From assembly GCA_051599415.1 (NCBI GenBank), contig AP039702.1, positions 124,001 through 188,000 of the forward strand: a stretch of DNA of 64,000 bases, given 5' to 3'. The position numbers and the translations under genes were made by a program. Shown piece after piece: positions 1 to 13,471 of this stretch (its first letter is position 1; the number at the start of each line of letters is the position of its first letter). The DNA comes from Savitreella phatthalungensis (lineage: Eukaryota). The notes below the pieces were generated by a model. That model saw only the letters and a list, made by a program, of their open reading frames with translations, was not told where the DNA came from and did not search any database.

Positions 1-237
1 TACACACAGTACGATGACCGGGCTTCAAGCTCAATTGTAAAAATTCCAGAATAGCGTAGCATACTCATGCAGAAAGAAGTATGCACGCATTGACTGGATC
101 AAGCATACGTCGTTTCTGTACACCCTGGGTAATCGATAATCCTGACAGTCGCTGCGCGACACAGGAACCCCGACGACGGGATCAAGACAGATCGAGCTTC
201 AAGTCCGCTAATAGGAGCCATTCATCGCTGAACAGTT

Positions 238-1194
238 ATGGCAGATGCAGCTGAGGCTCCTGCAGTCCCCCAACACCAGCAACAGCAGGTCGATTTACGC
301 AGCGAGCCTTATAAGCAACAAGCCATTGCAGTTGGGCAGTTCCTACGACACCTGGCGGCCTTGAAGAACAAATCCGGAGTGCTTGATGGTAAGCGTGCGG
401 AGTATTTCAAGGGCAAGCACGCCCTGAGAGCGCTTCAGTCCGAGGCTTATGCGAAAGCCCAACGCAAGAATCCTCAGAATTTGCCGAAAGTCGACAGCCT
501 GCAGTCGGCCGGAGAAGTTATGCGGTTGCTGCCAATTCACTTGCTCGCCCTACGCGTAGACCTGCTCGAGAAGGAGAAGGTAAAAAGACCGGCGACTGGT
601 TCTAGCGCTCCCGCCAAGTCCTCACGCAAATTGCAGATCAATCGTCAGCAGGAAATCGCTGAGGACCATCACTATGTCTGGCTATTTGAGTACATCCCGC
701 TGACGACGAAGCTAGCGGGCTTTGGCTTGCTTCTGCTTGTTCTCAGCGTCATCATGTACCCGCTCTGGCCACCGAGAATGCGAGTTGGTGTTTACTATCT
801 CTCCTGGGGCGCGCTCGGCCTGGTCGGTCTCCTTTTTGTCATCGCAGTCTTCCGACTGATTCTGTTTGTCGTGACCCTGTTTGCAGTGCCGCCAGGCATC
901 TGGCTGTATCCCAACTTGTTCGAAGACGTTGGCTTCTTCGACAGCTTCAAACCGTTATGGGCATGGCACGAAGACAAGGCCGCCAAGAAGGCTGCTAAGC
1001 AGGCAAAACGTGAGGCAAAGCTGAAGAAACAACAGGCAAAGTCAGACGGAGCGCTAGAAACAGCCAGCCCTGGCGGAGCAGCTTCAGCTACTGCGCTGCC
1101 GAGCACATCAGTGTCACACAACACGGCTGGCGATGCCGCAACCACGACAGCAAGAGCAGCATACATTGAGGATGTCGATGAAGACGATGACTGA
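238..1194 (+). CDS. SEC62: ER translocation protein Sec62
   Basis: Motifs 'EYFKGKHALRAL', 'MYPLWP..MRVGVYYLS', 'PGIWLYPNLFEDVGFFDSFKPLW' and two TM segments are typical of fungal Sec62. Confidence 0.95.
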   Translation: MADAAEAPAVPQHQQQQVDLRSEPYKQQAIAVGQFLRHLAALKNKSGVLDGKRAEYFKGKHALRALQSEAYAKAQRKNPQNLPKVDSLQSAGEVMRLLPIHLLALRVDLLEKEKVKRPATGSSAPAKSSRKLQINRQQEIAEDHHYVWLFEYIPLTTKLAGFGLLLLVLSVIMYPLWPPRMRVGVYYLSWGALGLVGLLFVIAVFRLILFVVTLFAVPPGIWLYPNLFEDVGFFDSFKPLWAWHEDKAAKKAAKQAKREAKLKKQQAKSDGALETASPGGAASATALPSTSVSHNTAGDAATTTARAAYIEDVDEDDD

Positions 1195-1465
1195 GGTAGA
1201 AATCGAATGCATTTTTCAACCAGTTCGAAAAGTCTGCAAGAGACGCTTGTGGGCTCAATAAGTAAGCTAGACGCAGATCGGTATCAATCTCTCGCGTCGG
1301 CGGAAGGACAATTGAAGAGTCAAGATTGGCGTCAAAACTAGCCGCTATGGAGTGAACAAGCCAGGGCCATGCCAGTCCTCTTCCGAGTGCTCGCAGCGAT
1401 GGGATCTTCTGCAGTGCGGGGAGTTCGCTCTAAGGGCTCGAGATGGCACGTACTTCTACTAGGCT

Positions 1466-2704
1466 ATGTTGCGAGGTCCAATCAAATCGTTGACTTCGAA
1501 ATTATGCACGAGATTCGTCTTCATCATCTTGAAAATGTGCTATGACGCACTTGGAGGATATCAAGGCATGGTCGCCATGGATTTCTCTCACGTCGTTGTT
1601 GGCGGAGGATGTATCGGTCTAGCTACTGCTAGCCGATTGGCTAGATCGCATGGCTCGTCTAGTGTCCTGTTGATCGAGCGGCATTTAAACATCGGTATGG
1701 AGACGTCTTCGAGGAACTCCGAGGTTATTCACGCAGGTTTGTATTATCCAGTCGATTCTGTCAAAGCTCGCCTATGTGTGAAGGGTAAGAAAATGCTTTA
1801 CGACGTGCTCAGGAAGCAAGACATTCCACATCGTCAGACCGGCAAATGGGTCGTTGCACAAGATTCCAAGCAGGTGGAGTTCTTGAACTCGCTAAAGCAA
1901 AAGGCAGATGCATTAGGCGTTCCGACCCGCTTTCTGTCTTCGCGTGAATGCTCTGACAGAGAACCCGATATTAGATGCGCAGAGGCAGCGCTCGAGAGTC
2001 CGACAACCGGTATTATGGACTCTCATGGTCTAATGATGTATTTGCGGGGGCAGTTTGAGGAAGCTGGTGGAGAGATCGCTCTGGGAACAAGCGTACAGGC
2101 GATCGAGGCTCTTGGCCCGGGCAAAGGCTTCAGAATCACCACACAGCAGAGAAACGCGCCGAATGAGCCTTACACTTTCACCACCGAGAGTGTCATTAAC
2201 TCTGCAGGTCTGGCAGCTGCGCACATCAGCAATCTCGTTGTTCCAGAAGCTACTGGGCAGGAGCCCTTGAAGCTCTACTATGCCAAGGGGCAGTACTTCA
2301 GCTACAGTGGCAAAGTCCGACCATCACGATTGATCTACCCATGTCCGGAGGAAGGTCTTTCCGGGCTAGGCACGCATATGACGCTGGATCTTGGCGGTGG
2401 TGCAAGGTTCGGGCCTGATGTGACGTGGGTTGATAGTCCAAATGATCTTGAGCCAGACAAAGAGAGGCTGCAGGACGTCGTCAAGGCAGTCTCGACCTAT
2501 CTACCATCTCTTCAGCCAGATGAGCTGCAGCCAGCATACGCAGGCATCAGACCCAAGCTGAAACCGGCAGGTCAAGCGGCCAACGATTTCGTTATCAGAC
2601 ATGAGCCACAGCTGGAAGGCTTCGTCAACTTGCTGGGCATCGAGTCACCAGGATTGACGGCAAGCCTGGCAATCGCAGAAGAAGTAAGCGATCTCTTGAG
2701 ATAA
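1466..2704 (+). CDS. L-2-hydroxyglutarate dehydrogenase (FAD-dependent oxidoreductase, LhgO family)
   Basis: GGGCIG FAD-binding motif, 'ETSSRNSEVIHAGLYY', 'GLGTHMTLDLGG..RFGPD', 'YAGIRPK', 'NLLGIESPGLTASLAIA'. Start may be 1466 (presequence-like N-terminus) or 1568/1577. Confidence 0.9.
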   Translation: MLRGPIKSLTSKLCTRFVFIILKMCYDALGGYQGMVAMDFSHVVVGGGCIGLATASRLARSHGSSSVLLIERHLNIGMETSSRNSEVIHAGLYYPVDSVKARLCVKGKKMLYDVLRKQDIPHRQTGKWVVAQDSKQVEFLNSLKQKADALGVPTRFLSSRECSDREPDIRCAEAALESPTTGIMDSHGLMMYLRGQFEEAGGEIALGTSVQAIEALGPGKGFRITTQQRNAPNEPYTFTTESVINSAGLAAAHISNLVVPEATGQEPLKLYYAKGQYFSYSGKVRPSRLIYPCPEEGLSGLGTHMTLDLGGGARFGPDVTWVDSPNDLEPDKERLQDVVKAVSTYLPSLQPDELQPAYAGIRPKLKPAGQAANDFVIRHEPQLEGFVNLLGIESPGLTASLAIAEEVSDLLR

Positions 2705-2780
2705 TATGAGTATAATTCTAGATACCGATGATATAGGCACTTTCAATGATGAAGGACTGCCTTCTCAAAGGCAAACAAGG

Positions 2781-3824
2781 CTACCAGAATTGCTTGAGAG
2801 CATTGATCGTATCCTTGACTGCTGTATGAAGGTCGATGTAGTCCAGACCGAGAACTTGCCTGGATCGCTCGTTGGAGAGTCCTCCGGCAACATCAAATTG
2901 CGTTGCACCTGGACCCTTGTCTGAGACCTTGTGGTCAGGGAAGACTTCGCCAAGCGCTCTGACGACACCGGCCCACGAAGCCTGACCTGAGCTTGTGATG
3001 AATCGTTTCCCAGCGGCCTCCGGCTTCTCCAGTGCCAGGATATGGGCTTTTGCAACATCTCGCACATCGACATAGGCTTGCGCAGTCATCGGTGGCGGGA
3101 TGTCCGCATTGGGGTCCTTGAAGTACTTGAACAGTAGAGCGACAGACGTATTGATCGAGTCAACCGAGCTAATCTTGTGGATCGCAGGACCAAACACGAG
3201 CGGTGGGTTGATGACCGATAGAGTGAAATTTGGCTTCTTGTCATCGACAAATTTCCATGCGAGACGCTCCGCTGCATTCTTCGACGCCCGATATGCGGTG
3301 CCGGGTGGATAGTTCTTTGGATCCTTGCGGACTGTCTCCTCTGCGGCGTCGTTCCAGTCCTCTTCCGTATATGTGTGCTTCTCAGCAGGCTCGCCGTTCT
3401 TCGGAGGGCCGAATACGGCCGCGACGGATGAGGTAATGACAACATGCCTGACTGATGACGCCTTAAAAGCAGCGTTCAGCAAATTCTCTGTGCCCTTCGT
3501 TGCCGGGTCGATGAGATCTCGGTATGGATCTTCCTCCTTATTGTGGAAGGGGGAAGCGATATGAAGAATGCCGGCCGCGCCATCCACTTTGCCGTCGAAG
3601 ACGCCTGGCTGTACGAGATCCTCTGCCTGGACAAGTTCGAACTTGTCACCATATTCCTTGAAGATGGTTCGCAGGTGCTCCGCTTTGTCAGATCCGGTGT
3701 CACGAACTGTACCGCGGACGCGATAGCCCTTTTTCAAAAGCTGGTCAACAGCGTGTGAGGCAATGAATCCCGTGGCGCCGGTGACAAAGATCAGAGAGCC
3801 CGATGTTATCGTCTCGCCTGCCAT
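2781..3824 (-). CDS. NADPH-dependent aldehyde/methylglyoxal reductase (GRE2/dihydroflavonol-4-reductase-like extended SDR)
   Basis: 'VTGATGFIASH', 'HIASP', 'VVITSS', catalytic 'YRASK', 'YVDVRDVA.AH'. Confidence 0.9.
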   Translation of the reverse strand: MAGETITSGSLIFVTGATGFIASHAVDQLLKKGYRVRGTVRDTGSDKAEHLRTIFKEYGDKFELVQAEDLVQPGVFDGKVDGAAGILHIASPFHNKEEDPYRDLIDPATKGTENLLNAAFKASSVRHVVITSSVAAVFGPPKNGEPAEKHTYTEEDWNDAAEETVRKDPKNYPPGTAYRASKNAAERLAWKFVDDKKPNFTLSVINPPLVFGPAIHKISSVDSINTSVALLFKYFKDPNADIPPPMTAQAYVDVRDVAKAHILALEKPEAAGKRFITSSGQASWAGVVRALGEVFPDHKVSDKGPGATQFDVAGGLSNERSRQVLGLDYIDLHTAVKDTINALKQFW

Positions 3825-4669
3825 GATTCAAGATGATCGGGAGAACGGGTCTGAGAGAATGGTGTCACTTCTTACGAAACGCGCAAATTGCCCACCAGCA
3901 GTCGTTTATATAGGATATCTTGGATAGGCTGATTGATCGGTATGGAATGTGTTGTGGCCACCAAGGCAGTTGCGGTGCGGGTGCACAGGTGTATGGTAGC
4001 TCTAGTCGAATGATGCCATATAGGATCTCCAATGAAACAATCTGACTGCCTTAGTAAAACACAGAGGTCCCATCTCTCTATAGCTCTATCATATGCAATA
4101 AGGAAGCACAATTAATCAATTGACGTCACTCTATATCAATTTATATTTATAAGGTCGGTTGAAAAGTCCAAACGGAATTTGAAGCCTTCCTGCTTTCGAT
4201 TTGAGCAGCACACAGAATTGATCGTCAATTTAAGCTGCGATTAACATGACAACCGATTCTATTAAATTCCGCTGGGTACAACTCCTCCAGACTCAGCTCC
4301 ACTAAACCGGCCAGCTATGCACATTGACCAGCAGTCCGTTAACAAGTGGAAAAAAAGGCGAAGACGTCTCATAGATACACGTGCATGCAAAACAAGGACG
4401 GCGTTGGGGACTGCCTTGACATCGCAAAATCGTAGCGTTATGGCGACATCTGAAAGCCATCGATTCCAGATGATGCATTCCAATAGGACACATGAATCCG
4501 GCAATTGTGCCTAGAATCGTGATGAGAAGAGCGTCCTCGAATCAGGCTAGGTCAACGACCCGGACACATTCTATGAAGTCAAACCCTCTCACAGATTAGG
4601 GGCATGTTCCACATTCGTAGACAGTTTTACCTATAGAGCTTCCTTCACGTGCAACCTCGTCATGTCATG

Positions 4670-7600
4670 TTACAGCTGCTCTACGTCCTCCATCAGCATC
4701 GTCAATTGTGCCTCCATATTCCTCAATTCTGCGTTGTACTCCCGCTTGATGTCGTCAATCGACAGCAGTTTCCTCACAACGCCCACGTTTACTGCCTTCT
4801 CGCCAGACGTGCCTTCGTGCCTCTGACGTTTTGATTCAGGCTCGTCCTCTCCATCCTTTCGCCACTCGCGCGAGCCTACAATTATCCAGGCCTCCCTCTC
4901 GCTCATGCATCGAAGGATTGTCAGCACTGCCAAATAGTCTTCAGTAATTTCCAGATGATCGGCTGTGTTGAAGCCGTGCAGACGAGATCGGTTCTGTAAG
5001 GCCTGCAGACGTTGGTAGAGAATCGTCGCGGCCGCTCGTGGCTGTCCTCTGAGCATTCGCAGGCCAGACAAGAGCTTATGATATCTCGTCGGTGCTCGGA
5101 CATCGAGCATGCTCAGCGCCTGAACCTCAAGCTCCCGGTCGATCTCGTCAATCAGCTCAGGATCTGATACTGAGGTAAGCTCATGGGCATGGCCTTGCTC
5201 GCACAGGAGCTTAATCAGTGTCGCTAGTCGTGGTCGTCGCGCAGCTTCGTTCAATTCTGCGAGTGCCAGGAATGCATTGGAGTAATCCTGAGCACCCGCG
5301 GCGACTTCGAACAGTCGCGTATTAAGGAGGTCGTCCAGTTGTCCTCTGGCGTCTGCCGTCGAAGCGGTTGACAGAGAAGATGTGCGCGCAGCAAGACAAA
5401 GCTCGAGTGCTGCACTTGCGGAGCCCGCGTCGCTGCAGAGCGACGACGCGTGTAAGAAGAAAGCTTTGAGACTACTGCGATCCAAGCGATTTTGTAGAAA
5501 GCGTTCCGCTCTTGTGGCCTGCTCCTGAACGAGTCGCGGTGCTACACGACGCATCCCACGCGCTCCTTGTTCGGCGTTGCCCATCATAATTTCGCATCGG
5601 TGCACGAGATACTGTGCAAAGCACGACAAACCAGCGTACTTGCTTAGCTGCTGTACCAATCCACCTGCTTGATGATTGACCACTTGGACGAGAGCGTGCT
5701 CGATGAGGTTGCGATATGGTACCTCGTAATCGTACACATCACCTAGCGTACAGAAGAGATTGCCTTTCGTGGACGCCTTGGTATTATGCAGCCCGCCATC
5801 CGGCAGATCAATAGTCAGCAGGTCACGAACGAGGTGTAGCTGTCGCAGTTGCTCTTGCAAATCAGCAAATAGCTCTGCTGCACCTGGGTTGCCTTGTGCT
5901 GAGCACACGACACAGAAGCTCGCAAACTGTGCGACCGTGAGTGCCGTTGAGTTCGTAGCATCATGAATGGCATAGTAACCTGTAAGTCCCATGACACTCT
6001 CGCCTCCCTCTTTCAGCGATGGTCGTAGAAGCGGGACGAGCTCTTGGACGAGGGTTAGAGTCGATGAGGCCGAATCGAAGAGCGGCGACAAGCCGCGCCA
6101 CACGCTCGCGACAGAATCGATGCTGGAAAGGCGATCACCGGTCAAAAGCATTGCATCGGAGCAGCCCATAGTTTTGGCGGCTAGACTGCTCTCACGAAGC
6201 TCAGCCGCGATGGCTTGCCAGGCAAACGCTGCTCGCTGTGGATGCAAACGATTCAGAGCACGAGCGAACGCTTCGTAGCGGCCATCTCCCGACGACCATG
6301 AGCTCCCGTCATATCTGAGGACGCGATCGACAGCGACTGAAGGTGCAAGTAGCGAAATGGTCTCTGAACCAGCAACAAGACATTCGCCTGTGAACCGAGA
6401 ACGTACGAGTGTGTGTGGCTCACCTGCGATGGCGGTGAGCTCTTGACAAAGCTTTGCAAGCTGGATGAGCCTGCCACTGACGACTTCGTCTTCCTCGAGA
6501 ACGACAGCTGTACCATGTTGCTCGTCTCCGCGCCCGGACAGCTCACGAACGTGCGTCAGAAAGTATTCACGCATACTTTCTGGCGACTCTGGAACGCTGC
6601 TCGCCTCTGGCATGCAGCGAACGATAGCCTGACGAACGACATTGCTGGAGAACCGGTGCTCGGAAAAGACATGCTGGAGAAGCTGTTCAGTATTCAGTTC
6701 GGGAATAGCGCCACCGGGCTGCTGATGTGCCGTTTCCCAGGAATAATTGCCCATAGAACAATATGTGGCCGTCTGCACAAGAGCGCGAAGATCATCCTTC
6801 CATAGCACTGCGATTTGCGTGTCGCCGTTCTCTGGGACGTGTACTGTCATGTCGAACAGCCGCCAGAGTCCCTCGCCGGGCTCCCTCTGCATTAGCTCTG
6901 GTCCTTCAATCAATTCATCTCCACGCGTCTTGAAAAATTTGAAAGTGCCCGATTGTCGATGGTATATTAGCAGATGAGTGGCGGAGCCAGTCTCACAGAT
7001 CGCCATGTGGCCTTTCGCGCTCACATCCTCAAAGTGCTCTGGACGGCTTCCTGCCTTGTATACTGGAAGAGACGCGATCAGACGGCCTTGTTTGAGGTCC
7101 CATGTTTTCAGCACTCCATCGATTGTCAGTGTATAGAGACGACCGCGCGCTGCGGACGTACGCATCGAGATGACCGCATTGGGCGAGCGTCCGGACCACG
7201 GCAGCATGCTTCGGAGGGAATCAAAATATGTCGAATCGCTGAAAAGGTTCTCCTCGTAGCCCTTGTGGGTATTCGTCAGACGAAGCAGTCCTCCATCGCG
7301 TAGGGATATTACGATCGAAGTGGCCGACAGTACACACATTCCCAGTGGGCGTCTGATCTGGAAGGCTGTGGGCGTATACTCAGATATCCAGCCTGACTCT
7401 CGTGCTAGTGAGGGATTCTGTAAATGGGCTGGTGTGAGAATCATGGAAAAGAATTTGTCATTGGCGAGCAAGAGATGGACCAAGACATTACTGCTGTCAT
7501 CGTGAAGGCCCACGGCGATGATCCGTGAGCCACATTCAACAATTGTCGGAGCGTAATCGGTGTCTAGGCACATCAGTGTCAGCCGCGTCCCTCTCATGCG

Positions 7601-7804
7601 GTAAAAGATGGAGGGCAGCTGTTGTCGGAAATGTACTGAAGCCAACAGGTTGCTGTGATCTTCATCGTCCAGAAAGCCATATTCGTTCGTCTGCCTGGTG
7701 GCAAGGACTGTTGTTGGATGATCGTCCAAGGAGAGTTGACATCGGGATAAGCTCCATAGGCTCCTGCGAGCTCCAAGATCTCCCTGGATGGAGAGTCTCG
7801 TCAT
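4670..7804 (-). CDS. NUP120: Nucleoporin Nup120/Nup160 family
   Basis: About 1040 aa with a beta-propeller-like N-terminus ('LYTLTIDGVLKTWDL') and helical C-terminus ('YHKLLSGLR..RGQPRAAATILYQRLQAL', 'AWII'), as in fungal Nup120. Exact start uncertain. Confidence 0.8.
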   Translation of the reverse strand: MTRLSIQGDLGARRSLWSLSRCQLSLDDHPTTVLATRQTNEYGFLDDEDHSNLLASVHFRQQLPSIFYRMRGTRLTLMCLDTDYAPTIVECGSRIIAVGLHDDSSNVLVHLLLANDKFFSMILTPAHLQNPSLARESGWISEYTPTAFQIRRPLGMCVLSATSIVISLRDGGLLRLTNTHKGYEENLFSDSTYFDSLRSMLPWSGRSPNAVISMRTSAARGRLYTLTIDGVLKTWDLKQGRLIASLPVYKAGSRPEHFEDVSAKGHMAICETGSATHLLIYHRQSGTFKFFKTRGDELIEGPELMQREPGEGLWRLFDMTVHVPENGDTQIAVLWKDDLRALVQTATYCSMGNYSWETAHQQPGGAIPELNTEQLLQHVFSEHRFSSNVVRQAIVRCMPEASSVPESPESMREYFLTHVRELSGRGDEQHGTAVVLEEDEVVSGRLIQLAKLCQELTAIAGEPHTLVRSRFTGECLVAGSETISLLAPSVAVDRVLRYDGSSWSSGDGRYEAFARALNRLHPQRAAFAWQAIAAELRESSLAAKTMGCSDAMLLTGDRLSSIDSVASVWRGLSPLFDSASSTLTLVQELVPLLRPSLKEGGESVMGLTGYYAIHDATNSTALTVAQFASFCVVCSAQGNPGAAELFADLQEQLRQLHLVRDLLTIDLPDGGLHNTKASTKGNLFCTLGDVYDYEVPYRNLIEHALVQVVNHQAGGLVQQLSKYAGLSCFAQYLVHRCEIMMGNAEQGARGMRRVAPRLVQEQATRAERFLQNRLDRSSLKAFFLHASSLCSDAGSASAALELCLAARTSSLSTASTADARGQLDDLLNTRLFEVAAGAQDYSNAFLALAELNEAARRPRLATLIKLLCEQGHAHELTSVSDPELIDEIDRELEVQALSMLDVRAPTRYHKLLSGLRMLRGQPRAAATILYQRLQALQNRSRLHGFNTADHLEITEDYLAVLTILRCMSEREAWIIVGSREWRKDGEDEPESKRQRHEGTSGEKAVNVGVVRKLLSIDDIKREYNAELRNMEAQLTMLMEDVEQL

Positions 7805-8288
7805 CACGAGATTTAGAAGAGTCTCTCAGCACATATACCTGTATCCTGTGAGCTCAGACCTTCGCCGCGTCAAGCTAGTCTGAGGAGACCAGTCGTCTCG
7901 TGATGGCCTCCTTTCCAGGCTGTGAAGCTAAAGGGTGAAGAGAACCGAGAGCTGAGGATTCGTTGCTGAATCGTGCGCGTCTGTTGCTGAAGAGAATAGA
8001 TATGGCATTTTTTGTGCATCCACGCACATATGGATTCACTCGATCGAATGTGGTTGTGTGTATATAGAGCTAGAGGCAAGGAAAGTATCACGTGATTCAA
8101 TCATGGAAGCCACACCGTCATCAATTGACCGAATGGAAATGCTCACCCATGGTACGCTTGACTCATGCGCAATAAGCGTACGATCTCTAGAACCACCGTT
8201 CCGAAGGCTTTGGTGGGCTCACTTGGCTGTGGATCTTGCACAAGTCCGTCGATCGTCGTGTCATTTATCTGTCCGCCATCATTTGATC

Positions 8289-8714
8289 ATGGCAACAGAA
8301 TCCACAGAAGACGCAGACTATGCAGCATTCCTCAGCAGGAGTCAAGCTCAGTATGAGCGCGGGCAGAATCTTCAGGCTTCTACCGAGAAATATAGCGCCA
8401 AAACGCACGGACAAAGGATTGGCAGCAAAACACTGAGCTCAGAATCTGAAGAGGACTTTGTCAGCTTTAAGATCGAGGCGCATGACCACACGAGCTTCGC
8501 TTCAGCTCTGGGTGTGCCAGAAGATAGCTGCCAAAGTGTGCCTCTGTCGGAGTATGAAGATTTCACAGAAGTGCTGGATTACACGCGCTCACTGGGAGGT
8601 CGCAATGATCCAGTGGTATATGAGGTCACGCAAGGCACCAGAATTCATGTCTATATCGCTGTACGAGTGAAGGGCAAATGGGTCGGCGCCAAGAGCATCA
8701 AGATTGAGTCGTAA
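8289..8714 (+). CDS. Small uncharacterised protein with NuiA (nuclease A inhibitor)-like motifs, 141 aa
   Basis: Likely start ATG 8289 (MATESTEDADYAAFLS). 'LSSESEEDF' and C-terminal 'DPVVYEV...IHVYIAVRVKGKWVGAKSIKIES' resemble the NuiA pattern. The CDS is likely; the family assignment is inference. Confidence 0.65.
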   Translation: MATESTEDADYAAFLSRSQAQYERGQNLQASTEKYSAKTHGQRIGSKTLSSESEEDFVSFKIEAHDHTSFASALGVPEDSCQSVPLSEYEDFTEVLDYTRSLGGRNDPVVYEVTQGTRIHVYIAVRVKGKWVGAKSIKIES

Positions 8715-9309
8715 GCCGAGTTATGGTGAGCTCTGTGTCAAGACGTCTGTTTCTCTTGTTGCTTGAGCGAGCGTCTTGATGGCTGCAATTACCATTCCAA
8801 AATCTGAACGACTCCATGATGCCGGCAGCTCAGGCTGTAGTATCACGACAAGTCACTCCCGAGATGCTCTCCTGGTCAGGCACAAATGTGCCTTTCCTGC
8901 GCAGCCATGCAGATTCGTATGATGCGGTCGTTGCCCAGCACAACACACTCACAGAATACCGAGCTATTGATGACTTCGGCGCGCTGTCACTGCCGACATA
9001 TGCTTTGCTCCCATCAGCGAGCCGCCGCACGGACACGTGATTGCTAGTCTAATGACACGAATTTAGAAATGCAATTTAAGACGCGAATTAGTGAACACGA
9101 CAGTCAAATGTTAAAACGCTTCTCGGGAATATTTGGATTCCACTCAGTTGCCCTTGAGACACATTTCTACAAAGACGTTTGCGCCTGTCGTCGAGCTGCA
9201 ATACAAAGACCCTCTCGTCTTCTGAGATTGTCACCGAGCTGCAGCTGCTGCTTGAAGATACCTTACTGGAACTTGTACATCCGCTACGTCATCTGACTTT
9301 TGCGTTTGA

Positions 9310-12042
<2,733 letters not shown>

Positions 12043-12157
12043 CGCAACTCAGATAGCTCCGCTCACCTTGTGACTTTTCCTGATGTGCGGCACGACGATA
12101 TGGCAGACAGACAAATAAAAATCTTGTTCTCATACCGGGTAAATAGAAGGGTCTAAT

Positions 12158-13471
12158 TTAGAGGGGAAGTTCGAAGGAGATGCCGACGTCGATATCACGA
12201 GCCTGCTTGACGATTTTTGAGAGGTTGCAGACCTTCTGTGCTGCAGCGTCGAGTTCGTCCTCTGGGAAGAGCTTCATACCGGACTCCTGGATAAGCTTTT
12301 GGGCTTCTTGCTGCTTGGTGCCCTGGAGACGGACGACGATCGGGATAGTCAAGTTCATGTCCTTGACAACGGAGATGAGTCCCTGAGCGATGTGGTCACA
12401 CCGGACGATACCACCGAAGATGTTGACAAAGATGGCGGTCACCTTCGGGTCCTTGGTGATCAGACCGAATGCCTGAGCGATGGCCTGAGCGTTGGCTGAT
12501 CCGCCGACGTCGAGGAAGTTTGCAGGCTCACCACCATTCAGCTTGATGATGTCCATGGTAGCCATGGCGAGACCGGCACCGTTCACAAGGCAGCCAATCG
12601 AGCCATCGAGCTTGATGAAATTCAAGCCAACCTCGGACGCGACCACCTCATCAGGGTCCTCCTGCGTCTTGTCCCGTAGCTCAAACACCTGCGACTGGCG
12701 GAAGTCTGCGTTGTCATCGAAGCCAAACTTGGCATCCATGCACATCACCCGGTGGTCCTGTGTCTCTGCAAGCGGATTGATCTCGATCTGGGTCGCATCC
12801 TTCTCGATGAAGATCTGGTAGAGTGTCTTGAACGTCTTGGCAGCCTCTGCTCGGCAGACTTCCGGGAAGCCCATCTTGGTAGCGAGCTCGTCTGCCATAG
12901 CATCAGTCAGACCAACCTTGATATCGACTGGCATGGTGATGATGGCCGAGGGGTTCTCCTTCGCAACGTCCTCGATCGACATGCCTCCTTCAGAAGAACC
13001 AATGATCATAGGTCCCTGGACGGATCGATCCATCGTCATGGCGAGGTAGTACTCCTTCCGGAGATACTTGCGCTCGACGATGTAAACTGAGCTGCAGGGC
13101 TTTCCCGCTGCGCCGGTCTGCTTTGTGATGAGCTTCGCACCGATCATCTGCTCTGCAAACATAGCTGCCTCCTTTGGCGAGTTGACAATCTTGACTCCTC
13201 CCTTGAGACCATTGTCGAAGTGTCCCTTGCCACGTCCACCGGCCAGTACCTGCGCCTTGATCACAAGATCTTCTGAACCGATCTCCTCTGCGACCTTGAG
13301 TGCTTCCTCTGCGCTGTGTGCGACGGCACCCTTTGGCACGGGTAGGCCGTACTGACGAATCAGGTCTGCAGATTGGTATTCATGGATGGAGAGGTTCCGC
13401 TTCTGCTGACGAGTTGCAGCACGCTGGACCTGACGCGATAATGTCCTTGATGCTGCCCTGACTGAGAACAT
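12158..13471 (-). CDS. LSC2: Succinyl-CoA ligase beta subunit, mitochondrial
   Basis: Presequence 'MFSVRAASR...', 'LSIHEY', 'KAQVLAGGRGKG', 'CLVNGAGLAMATMD', 'NFLDVGG', 'NIFGGIVRCD'. Confidence 0.97.
   Translation of the reverse strand: MFSVRAASRTLSRQVQRAATRQQKRNLSIHEYQSADLIRQYGLPVPKGAVAHSAEEALKVAEEIGSEDLVIKAQVLAGGRGKGHFDNGLKGGVKIVNSPKEAAMFAEQMIGAKLITKQTGAAGKPCSSVYIVERKYLRKEYYLAMTMDRSVQGPMIIGSSEGGMSIEDVAKENPSAIITMPVDIKVGLTDAMADELATKMGFPEVCRAEAAKTFKTLYQIFIEKDATQIEINPLAETQDHRVMCMDAKFGFDDNADFRQSQVFELRDKTQEDPDEVVASEVGLNFIKLDGSIGCLVNGAGLAMATMDIIKLNGGEPANFLDVGGSANAQAIAQAFGLITKDPKVTAIFVNIFGGIVRCDHIAQGLISVVKDMNLTIPIVVRLQGTKQQEAQKLIQESGMKLFPEDELDAAAQKVCNLSKIVKQARDIDVGISFELPL

Noticed and set aside
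8058..8288. 5' extension of ORF 8058..8714
   Set aside because: It starts at a GTG and runs through the divergent promoter region shared with NUP120; protein-like sequence begins at ATG 8289.
9081..9086. ACGCGA MCB-like site upstream of MCM3
   Set aside because: A single imperfect hexamer; plausible but not distinguishable from chance.
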